Positions 36,401-48,400 of a stretch of 64,000 nt of DNA are shown in pieces. The stretch is taken from assembly GCF_009914755.1 (NCBI RefSeq), contig NC_060941.1; one strand, given 5' to 3'. Under the pieces are notes generated by a model that did no database searches, was not told the DNA's origin, and saw nothing but the letters and a program-made list of their open reading frames with translations. Source of the stretch: the human T2T-CHM13v2.0 reference genome, Homo sapiens. The position numbers were made by a program, and so were the translations under genes. The first letter of the stretch is position 1, and every line of letters starts with the position of its first letter.

Positions 36401-39400
36401 TGAAACACTCTTTTTCTAGAATCTGCAAGTGGACATTGGGAGGGCTGTGAGGTTTGTGGTGGAAAAGGAAATATCTCCACATAAATACTAGATAGAAGCC
36501 TTCTCAGAAACTACTTTGTGATGACTGCATTCACCTCACGGAGTGGAGCATTCCTATTGACAGAGCAGTTTGGAAACACTCTTCTTGTAGGATCGGCTAG
36601 TGGAGAGTTGGAGCGCTTTGAGGCCTATGTTAGTAAAGGGAAGAGCTTCACATAAAATCTAGACAGAAGCATTCTCAGAAAATACTTTGTGATGATTGAG
36701 TTTAACACACAGAGCTGAACATTCCTTTGGATGGAGAAGGTTTGAAACACACTTTCTGTAGAATCTGCGAGTGGATATTTGGACCTCTCTGAGGATTTCG
36801 TTGGAAACGGGATAACTGCACCTAACTAAACGGAAGCATTCTCACAAAATTCTTTGTGATGTTTGCATTCAAATCCCAGAGTTGAACCTTCCTTTGATAG
36901 TTCAGCTTTGAAACACTCTTTCTGTAGGTTCTGCAGGTGGATATTTGGACCACTCTTTGGCCTTCGTTCGAAACGGGTACATCTTCAAATAAAATCTAGA
37001 CAGAAGCCTTCTCAGAAACTTCTCTGTGACGATTGCATTCAACTCAGAGAGTTGAACCCTCCTATGGATAGAGCAGTTTTGAATCTCTCTTTTTGTGGAA
37101 TCTGCAAGTGGATATGTGGTCCTCTTTGAAGATGTCTTTGGAAACGGGAATATCTTCACATAAAAACTAAACAGAAGCATTCTCAGAAACTTCTCTGTGA
37201 TGTTTGTGTTCAACTCACAGAGTTTCACGTTGCTTTTCATAGAGCAGATGAGAAACATGCTTTTCGTAGGGTCTGCAAGTGGACATTTGGAGAGCTTTCA
37301 GGCCTGTGGTGGAAAACGAATTATCGTCACGTAAAAACTAGAGAGAAGCATTGTCAGAAACTTGTTTGTGATGACTGCATTCAACTCACAGAGTTGAAGG
37401 TTCCTTTTCAAACAGCAGTTTCCAAACACTCTTTCTGTGGCATCTGCAAGTGGATGTTTGGGCCTCTTTGAAGATTTCGTTGGAAACGGGATAATCTTCA
37501 CAGAAAAGCTAAACAGAAGCATGCTCAGAAACTTCTTTGTGATGTTTGCTTTCAACTCACAGAGTTGAACTTTCCTTTTGAGAGAGAAGCTTTGAAACAC
37601 TCTTTTTCTAGAATCTGCAAGTGGATATTTGGAGGGCTTTGAGGCCTGAGGTGGAACAGGAATTATCTTCCCGTAAGAACTAGATAGATGCATTCTCAGA
37701 AACTACTTTGTGACGATTGCATTCAAGTCACAGAGGTGAACATTCCCTTTCAGAGAGCACTTTGGAAACTCTCGTTGTGTAGAATCTGCAAGTGGAGATA
37801 TGGACCGCTTTGAGGCCTCTGGTAGTAAAGGAAACAGCTTCATATAAAAACTAGACAGCAGCATTCGCAGAAAACTCTTTGTGACGACTGAGTTTAACTC
37901 ACAGGGCTGAACATTCCTTTGGATGGAGCAGTTTGGAAACACACTATCTGTAGGATCTGCAAGCGGATACTTGGGCCTCCCTGAGGATTTCGTGGGAAAC
38001 GGGATAAACCGCACAGAACTAAACAGAAGCATTCTCAGAACCTTCTTCGTGATGTTTGCATTCAACCCACAGTGTTGAACCTTTCTTTGATAGTTCAGGT
38101 TTGAAACACTCTTTTTGTAGAAACTGCAAGTGGATAACTGCACTTCTTTGAGGCCTATCGTAGTAAAGGAAATAACTTCCTATAAAAACAAGACAGAAGC
38201 TTTCTCAGAAAATTCTCTGGGATGATTGAGTTGAACTCACAGAGCAGTACTTTCCTTGGGATGGAGTAGTTTCGAAACACACTTTCTGTAGAATCTGCAA
38301 GTGGATATTTGGACCTGTCTGAGGAATTCTTTGCAAACGGGATAATTTCAGCTAAGTAAACAGAAGCAGTCTCAGAATCTTCTTGTGATGTTTGCATTCA
38401 AATCCCAGAATGGAACCTTCCTTTGAAAGTTCAGGTTGGAAACACTCTTTTTGCAGGATCTACAAGTGGATATTCGGACCACTCTGTGGACTTCGTTCGA
38501 AACGGGTATATCTTCACATAACATCTAGACAGAAGCATTCTCAGAAACTTTTCTGTGATGACTGCATTCAACTCAGAGAGTTGAACACTCCTTTTGAGAG
38601 CGCAGTTTTGAAACTCTCTTTCTCTGGAATCTGCAAGGGGACATGCAGACCTCTTTGAAGGTTTCGTTGGAAACGGAATCATCTTCACATAAAAATTACA
38701 CGGAAGCCTCCTCAGGAACTCCTTGGTGATGTTTGTATTCAACTTCCAGAGTTGAACTTTCCTTCGGAAAGAGCAGCTATGAAACACTCTTTTTCTAGAA
38801 TCTGCAAGTGGACATTGGGAGGGCTGTGAGGTTTGTGGTGGAAAAGGAAATATCTCCACATAAATACTAGATAGAAGCCTTCTCAGAAACTACTTTGTGA
38901 TGACTGCATTCACCTCACGGAGTGGAGCATTCCTATTGACAGAGCAGTTTGGAAACACTCTTCTTGTAGAATCGGCTAGTGGAGAGTTGGAGCGCTTTGA
39001 GGCCTATGGTAGTAAAGGGAAGAGCTTCACATAAAATCTAGACAGAAGCATTCTCAGAAAATACTTTGTGATGATTGAGTTTAACACACAGAGCTGAACA
39101 TTCCTTTGGATGGAGAAGGTTTGAAACACACTTTCTGTAGAATCTGCGAGTGGATATTTGGACCTCTCTGAGGATTTCGTTGGAAACGGGATAACTGCAC
39201 CTAACTAAACGGAAGCATTCTCACAAAATTCTTTGTGATGTTTGCATTCAAATCCCAGAGTTGAACCTTCCTTTGATAGTTCAGCTTTAAAACACTCTTT
39301 CTGTAGGTTCTGCAGGTGGATATTTGGACCACTCTTTGGCCTTCGTTCGAAACGGGAACATCTTCAAATAAAATCTAGACAGAAGCCTTCTCAGAAACTT

Positions 39401-42400
39401 CTCTGTGACGATTGCATTCAACTCACAGCGTTGAACCCTCCTATGGATAGAGCAGTTTTGAATCTCTCTTTTTGTGGAATCTGCAAGTGGATATGTGGTC
39501 CTCTTTGAAGATGTCTTTGGAAACGGGAATATCTTCACATAAAAACTAAACAGAAGCATTCTCAGAAACTTCTCTGTGATGTTTGTGTTCAACTCACAGA
39601 GTTTCACGTTGCTTTTCATAGAGCAGATGAGAAACATGCTTTTCGTAGGGTCTGCAAGTGGACATTTGGAGAGCTTTCAGGCCTGTGGTGGAAAACGAAT
39701 TATCGTCACGTAAAAACTAGAGAGAAGCATTGTCAGAAACTTGTTTGTGATGACTGCATTCAACTCACAGAGTTGAAGGTTCCTTTTCAAACAGCAGTTT
39801 CCAAACACTCTTTCTGTGGCATCTGCAAGTGGATGTTTGGGCCTCTTTGAAGATTTCGTTGGAAACGGGATAATCTTCACAGAAAAGCTAAACAGAAGCA
39901 TGCTCAGAAACTTCTTTGTGATGTTTGCTTTCAACTCACAGAGTTGAACTTTCCTTTTGAGAGAGAAGCTTTGAAACACTCTTTTTCTAGAATCTGCAAG
40001 TGGATATTTGGAGGGCTTTGAGGCCTGAGGTGGAACAGGAATTATCTTCCCGTAAGAACTAGATAGATGCATTCTCAGAAACTACTTTGTGACGATTGCA
40101 TTCAAGTCACAGAGGTGAACATTCCCTTTCAGAGAGCACTTTGGAAACTCTCGTTGTGTAGAATCTGCAAGTGGAGATATGGACCGCTTTGAGGCCTCTG
40201 GTAGTAAAGGAAACAGCTTCATATAAAAACTAGACAGCAGCATTCTCAGAAAACTCTTTGTGACGACTGAGTTTAACTCACAGGGCTGAACATTCCTTTG
40301 GATGGAGCAGTTTGGAAACACACTATCTGTAGGATCTGCAAGCGGATACTTGGGCCTCCCTGAGGATTTCGTGGGAAACGGGATAAACCGCACAGAACTA
40401 AACAGAAGCATTCTCAGAACCTTCTTCGTGATGTTTGCATTCAACCCACAGTGTTGAACCTTTCTTTGATAGTTCAGGTTTGAAACACTCTTTTTGTAGA
40501 AACTGCAAGTGGATAACTGCACTTCTTTGAGGCCTATCGTAGTAAAGGAAATAACTTCCTATAAAAACAAGACAGAAGCTTTCTCAGAAAATTCTCTGGG
40601 ATGATTGAGTTGAACTCACAGAGCAGTACTTTCCTTGGGATGGAGTAGTTTCGAAACACACTTTCTGTAGAATCTGCAAGTGGATATTTGGACCTGTCTG
40701 AGGAATTCGTTGCAAACGGGATAATTTCAGCTAAGTAAACAGAAGCAGTCTCAGAATCTTCTTGTGATGTTTGCATTCAAATCCCAGAATGGAACCTTCC
40801 TTTGAAAGTTCAGGTTGGAAACACTCTTTTTGCAGGATCTACAAGTGGATATTCGGACCACTCTGTGGACTTCGTTCGAAACGGGTATATCTTCACATAA
40901 CATCTAGACAGAAGCATTCTCAGAAACTTTTCTGTGATGACTGCATTCAACTCAGAGAGTTGAACACTCCTTTTGAGAGCGCAGTTTTGAAACTCTCTTT
41001 CTCTGGAATCTGCAAGGGGACATGCAGACCTCTTTGAAGGTTTCGTTGGAAACGGAATCATCTTCACATAAAAATTACACGGAAGCCTCCTCAGGAACTC
41101 CTTGGTGATGTTTGTATTCAACTTCCAGAGTTGAACTTTCCTTCGGAAAGAGCAGCTATGAAACACTCTTTTTCTAGAATCTGCAAGTGGACATTGGGAG
41201 GGCTGTGAGGTTTGTGGTGGAAAAGGAAATATCTCCACATAAATACTAGATAGAAGCCTTCTCAGAAACTACTTTGTGATGACTGCATTCACCTCACGGA
41301 GTGGAGCATTCCTATTGACAGAGCAGTTTGGAAACACTCTTCTTGAAGAATCGGCTAGTGGAGAGTTGGAGCGCTTTGAGGCCTATGGTAGTAAAGGGAA
41401 GAGCTTCACATAAAATCTAGACAGAAGCATTCTCAGAAAATACTTTGTGATGATTGAGTTTAACACACAGAGCTGAACATTCCTTTGGATGGAGAAGGTT
41501 TGAAACACACTTTCTGTAGAATCTGCGAGTGGATATTTGGACCTCTCTGAGGATTTCGTTGGAAACGGGATAACTGCACCTAACTAAACGGAAGCATTCT
41601 CACAAAATTCTTTGTGATGTTTGCATTCAAATCCCAGAGTTGAACCTTCCTTTGATAGTTCAGCTTTGAAACACTCTTTCTGTAGGTTCTGCAGGTGGAT
41701 ATTTGGACCACTCTTTGGCCTTCGTTCGAACCGGGAACATCTTCAAATAAAATCTAGACAGAAGCCTTCTCAGAAACTTCTCTGTGACGATTGCATTCAA
41801 CTCAGAGAGTTGAACCCTCCTATGGATAGAGCAGTTTTGAATCTCTCTTTTTGTGGAATCTGCAAGTGGATATGTGGTCCTCTTTGAAGATGTCTTTGGA
41901 AACGGGAATATCTTCACATAAAAACTAAACAGAAGCATTCTCAGAAACTTCTCTGTGATGTTTGTGTTCAACTCACAGAGTTTCACGTTGCTTTTCATAG
42001 AGCAGATGAGAAACATGCTTTTCGTAGGGTCTGCAAGTGGACATTTGGAGAGCTTTCAGGCCTGTGGTGGAAAACGAATTATCGTCACGTAAAAACTAGA
42101 GAGAAGCATTGTCAGAAACTTGTTTGTGATGACTGCATTCAACTCACAGAGTTGAAGGTTCCTTTTCAAACAGCAGTTTCCAAACACTCTTTCTGTGGCA
42201 TCTGCAAGTGGATGTTTGGGCCTCTTTGAAGATTTCGTTGGAAACGGGATAATCTTCACAGAAAAGCTAAACAGAAGCATGCTCAGAAACTTCTTTGTGA
42301 TGTTTGCTTTCAACTCACAGAGTTGAACTTTCCTTTTGAGAGAGAAGCTTTGAAACACTCTTTTTCTAGAATCTGCAAGTGGATATTTGGAGGGCTTTGA

Positions 42401-45400
42401 GGCCTGAGGTGGAACAGGAATTATCTTCCCGTAAGAACTAGATAGATGCATTCTCAGAAACTACTTTGTGACGATTGCATTCAAGTCACAGAGGTGAACA
42501 TTCCCTTTCAGAGAGCACTTTGGAAACTCTCGTTGTGTAGAATCTGCAAGTGGAGATATGGACCGCTTTGAGGCCTCTGGTAGTAAAGGAAACAGCTTCA
42601 TATAAAAACTAGACAGCAGCATTCTCAGAAAACTCTTTGTGACGACTGAGTTTAACTCACAGGGCTGAACATTCCTTTGGATGGAGCAGTTTGGAAACAC
42701 ACTATCTGTAGGATCTGCAAGCGGATACTTGGGCCTCCCTGAGGATTTCGTGGGAAACGGGATAAACCGCACAGAACTAAACAGAAGCATTCTCAGAACC
42801 TTCTTCGTGATGTTTGCATTCAACCCACAGTGTTGAACCTTTCTTTGATAGTTCAGGTTTGAAACACTCTTTTTGTAGAAACTGCAAGTGGATAACTGCA
42901 CTTCTTTGAGGCCTATCGTAGTAAAGGAAATAACTTCCTATAAAAACAAGACAGAAGCTTTCTCAGAAAATTCTCTGGGATGATTGAGTTGAACTCACAG
43001 AGCAGTACTTTCCTTGGGATGGAGTAGTTTCGAAACACACTTTCTGTAGAATCTGCAAGTGGATATTTGGACCTGTCTGAGGAATTCGTTGCAAACGGGA
43101 TAATTTCAGCTAAGTAAACAGAAGCAGTCTCAGAATCTTCTTGTGATGTTTGCATTCAAATCCCAGAATGGAACCTTCCTTTGAAAGTTCAGGTTGGAAA
43201 CACTCTTTTTGCAGGATCTACAAGTGGATATTCGGACCACTCTGTGGACTTCGTTCGAAACGGGTATATCTTCACATAACATCTAGACAGAAGCATTCTC
43301 AGAAACTTTTCTGTGATGACTGCATTCAACTCAGAGAGTTGAACACTCCTTTTGAGAGCGCAGTTTTGAAACTCTCTTTCTCTGGAATCTGCAAGGGGAC
43401 ATGCAGACCTCTTTGAAGGTTTCGTTGGAAACGGAATCATCTTCACATAAAAATTACACGGAAGCCTCCTCAGGAACTCCTTGGTGATGTTTGTATTCAA
43501 CTTCCAGAGTTGAACTTTCCTTCGGAAAGAGCAGCTATGAAACACTCTTTTTCTAGAATCTGCAAGTGGACATTGGGAGGGCTGTGAGGTTTGTGGTGGA
43601 AAAGGAAATATCTCCACATAAATACTAGATAGAAGCCTTCTCAGAAACTACTTTGTGATGACTGCATTCACCTCACGGAGTGGAGCATTCCTATTGACAG
43701 AGCAGTTTGGAAACACTCTTCTTGTAGAATCGGCTAGTGGAGAGTTGGAGCGCTTTGAGGCCTATGGTAGTAAAGGGAAGAGCTTCACATAAAATCTAGA
43801 CAGAAGCATTCTCAGAAAATACTTTGTGATGATTGAGTTTAACACACAGAGCTGAACATTCCTTTGGATGGAGAAGGTTTGAAACACACTTTCTGTAGAA
43901 TCTGCGAGTGGATATTTGGACCTCTCTGAGGATTTCGTTGGAAACGGGATAACTGCACCTAACTAAACGGAAGCATTCTCACAAAATTCTTTGTGATGTT
44001 TGCATTCAAATCCCAGAGTTGAACCTTCCTTTGATAGTTCAGCTTTGAAACACTCTTTTTGTAGGTTCTGCAGGTGGATATTTGGACCACTCTTTGGCCT
44101 TCGTTCGAAACGGGTACATCTTCAAATAAAATCTAGACAGAAGCCTTCTCAGAAACTTCTCTGTGACGATTGCATTCAACTCAGAGAGTTGAACCCTCCT
44201 ATGGATGGAGCAGTTTTGAATCTCTCTTTTTGTGGAATCTGCAAGTGGATATGTGGTCCTCTTTGAAGATGTCTTTGGAAACGGGAATATCTTCACATAA
44301 AAACTAAACAGAAGCATTCTCAGAAACTTCTCTGTGATGTTTGTGTTCAACTCACAGAGTTTCACGTTGCTTTTCATAGAGCAGATGAGAAACATGCTTT
44401 TCGTAGGGTCTGCAAGTGGACATTTGGAGAGCTTTCAGGCCTGTGGTGGAAAACGAATTATTGTCACGTAAAAACTAGAGAGAAGCATTGTCAGAAACTT
44501 GTTTGTGATGACTGCATTCAACTCACAGAGTTGAAGGTTCCTTTTCAAACAGCAGTTTCCAAACACTCTTTCTGTGGCATCTGCAAGTGGATGTTTGGGC
44601 CTCTTTGAAGATTTCGTTGGAAACCGGATAATCTTCACAGAAAAGCTAAACAGAAGCATGCTCAGAAACTTCTTTGTGATGTTTGCTTTCAACTCACAGA
44701 GTTGAACTTTCCTTTTGAGAGAGAAGCTTTGAAACACTCTTTTTCTAGAATCTGCAAGTGGATATTTGTAGGGCTTTGAGGCCTGAGGTGGAACAGGAAT
44801 TATCTTCCCGTAAGAACTAGATAGATGCATTCTCAGAAACTACTTTGTGACGATTGCATTCAAGTCACAGAGGTGAACATTCCCTTTCAGAGAGCACTTT
44901 GGAAACTCTCGTTGTGTAGAATCTGCAAGTGGAGATATGGACCGCTTTGAGGCCTATGGTAGTAAAGGAAACAGCTTCATATAAAAACTAGACAGCAGCA
45001 TTCTCAGAAAACTCTTTGTGACGACTGAGTTAAACTCACAGGGCTGAACATTCCTTTGGATGGAGCAGTTTGGAAACACACTATCTGTAGGATCTGCAAG
45101 CGGATACTTGGGCCTCCCTGAGGATTTCGTGGGAAACGGGATAAACCGCACAGAACTAAACAGAAGCATTCTCAGAACCTTCTTCGTGATGTTTGCATTC
45201 AACCCACAGTGTTGAACCTTTCTTTGATAGTTCAGGTTTGAAACACTCTTTTTGTAGAAACTGCAAGTGGATAACTGCACTTCTTTGAGGCCTATCGTAG
45301 TAAAGGAAATAACTTCCTATAAAAACAAGACAGAAGCTTTCTCAGAAAATTCTCTGGGATGATTGAGTTGAACTCACAGAGCAGTACTTTCCTTGGGATG

Positions 45401-48400
45401 GAGTAGTTTCGAAACACACTTTCTGTAGAATCTGCAAGTGGATATTTGGACCTGTCTGAGGAATTCGTTGCAAACGGGATAATTTCAGCTAAGTAAACAG
45501 AAGCAGTCTCAGAATCTTCTTGTGATGTTTGCATTCAAATCCCAGAATGGAACCTTCCTTTGAAAGTTCAGGTTGGAAACACTCTTTTTGCAGGATCTAC
45601 AAGTGTATATTGGGACCACTCTGTGGACTTCGTTCGAAACGGGTATATCTTCACATAACATCTAGACAGAAGCATTCTCAGAAACTTTTCTGTGATGACT
45701 GCATTCAACTCACAGAGTTGAACACTCCTTTTGAGAGCGCAGTTTTGAAACTCTCTTTCTCTGGAATCTGCAAGGGGACATGCAGACCTCTTTGAAGGTT
45801 TCGTTGGAAACGGAATCATCTTCACATAAAAATTACACGGAAGCATCCTCAGGAACTCCTTGGTGATGTTTGCATTCAACTTCCAGAGTTGAACTTTCCT
45901 TCGGAAAGAGCAGCTATGAAACACTCTTTTTCTGGAATCTGCAAGTGGACATTGGGAGGGCTGTGAGGTTTGTGGTGGAAAAGGAAATATCTCCACATAA
46001 ATACTAGATAGAAGCCTTCTCAGAAACTACTTTGTGATGACTGCATTCACCTCACGGAGTGGAGCATTCCTATTGACAGAGCAGTTTGGAAACACTCTTC
46101 TTGTAGAATCGGCTAGTGGAGAGTTGGAGCGCTTTGAGGCCTATGGTAGTAAAGGGAAGAGCTTCACATAAAATCTAGACAGAAGCATTCTCAGAAAATA
46201 CTTTGTGATGATTGAGTTTAACACACAGAGCTGAACATTCCTTTGGATGGAGAAGGTTTGAAACACACTTTCTGTAGAATCTGCGAGTGGATATTTGGAC
46301 CTCTCTGAGGATTTCGTTGGAAACGGGATAACTGCACCTAACTAAACGGAAGCATTCTCACAAAATTCTTTGTGATGTTTGCATTCAAATCCCAGAGTTG
46401 AACCTTCCTTTGATAGTTCAGCTTTGAAACACTCTTTTTGTAGGTTCTGCAGGTGGATATTTGGACCACTCTTTGGCCTTCGTTCGAAACGGGTACATCT
46501 TCAAATAAAATCTAGACAGAAGCCTTCTCAGAAACTTCTCTGTGACGATTGCATTCAACTCAGAGAGTTGAACCCTCCTATGGATGGAGCAGTTTTGAAT
46601 CTCTCTTTTTGTGGAATCTGCAAGTGGATATGTGGTCCTGTTTGAAGATGTCTTTGGAAACGGGAATATCTTCACATAAAAACTAAACAGAAGCATTCTC
46701 AGAAACTTCTCTGTGATGTTTGTGTTCAACTCACAGAGTTTCACGTTGCTTTTCATAGAGCAGATGAGAAACATGCTTTTCGTAGGGTCTGCAAGTGGAC
46801 ATTTGGAGAGCTTTCAGGCCTGTGGTGGAAAACGAATTATTGTCACGTAAAAACTAGAGAGAAGCATTGTCAGAAACTTGTTTGTGATGACTGCATTCAA
46901 CTCACAGAGTTGAAGGTTCCTTTTCAAACAGCAGTTTCCAAACACTCTTTCTGTGGCATCTGCAAGTGGATGTTTGGGCCTCTTTGAAGATTTCGTTGGA
47001 AACGGGATAATCTTCACAGAAAAGCTAAACAGAAGCATGCTCAGAAACTTCTTTGTGATGTTTGCTTTCAACTCACAGAGTTGAACTTTCCTTTTGAGAG
47101 AGAAGCTTTGAAACACTCTTTTTCTAGAATCTGCAAGTGGATATTTGGAGGGCTTTGAGGCCTGAGGTGGAACAGGAATTATCTTCCCGTAAGAACTAGA
47201 TAGATGCATTCTCAGAAACTACTTTGTGACGATTGCATTCAAGTCACAGAGGTGAACATTCCCTTTCAGAGAGCACTTTGGAAACTCTCGTTGTGTAGAA
47301 TCTGCAAGTGGAGATATGGACCGCTTTGAGGCCTATGGTAGTAAAGGAAACAGCTTCATATAAAAACTAGACAGCAGCATTCTCAGAAAACTCTTTGTGA
47401 CGACTGAGTTAAACTCACAGGGCTGAACATTCCTTTGGATGGAGCAGTTTGGAAACACACTATCTGTAGGATCTGCAAGCGGATACATGGGCCTCCCTGA
47501 GGATTTCGTGGGAAACGGGATAAACCGCACAGAACTAAACAGAAGCATTCTCAGAACCTTCTTCGTGATGTTTGCATTCAACCCACAGTGTTGAACCTTT
47601 CTTTGATAGTTCAGGTTTGAAACACTCTTTTTGTAGAAACTGCAAGTGGATAACTGCACTTCTTTGAGGCCTATCGTAATAAAGGAAATAACTTCCTATA
47701 AAAACAAGACAGAAGCTTTCTCAGAAAATTCTCTGGGATGATTGAGTTGAACTCACAGAGCAGTACTTTCCTTGGGATGGAGTAGTTTCGAAACACACTT
47801 TCTGTAGAATCTGCAAGTGGATATTTGGACCTGTCTGAGGAATTCGTTGCAAACGGGATAATTTCAGCTAAGTAAACAGAAGCAGTCTCAGAATCTTCTT
47901 GTGATGTTTGCATTCAAATCCCAGAATGGAACCTTCCTTTGAAAGTTCAGGTTGGAAACACTCTTTTTGCAGGATCTACAAGTGTATATTCGGACCACTC
48001 TGTGGACTTCGTTCGAAACGGGTATATCTTCACATAACATCTAGACAGAAGCATTCTCAGAAACTTTTCTGTGATGACTGCATTCAACTCACAGAGTTGA
48101 ACACTCCTTTTGAGAGCGCAGTTTTGAAACTCTCTTTCTCTGGAATCTGCAAGGGGACATGCAGACCTCTTTGAAGGTTTCGTTGGAAACGGAATCATCT
48201 TCACATAAAAATTACACGGAAGCATCCTCAGGAACTCCTTGGTGATGTTTGTATTCAACTTCCAGAGTTGAACTTTCCTTCGGAAAGAGCAGCTATGAAA
48301 CACTCTTTTTCTAGAATCTGCAAGTGGACATTGGGAGGGCTGTGAGGTTTGTGGTGGAAAAGGAAATATCTCCACATAAATACTAGATAGAAGCCTTCTC

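Noticed and set aside
30566-42901. Lengthened 146-aa minus-strand ORF in U13 and U15-U18
   Set aside because: It results from one SNV (CCTATGG->CCTCTGG) removing a stop codon and is useful only as a haplotype marker.
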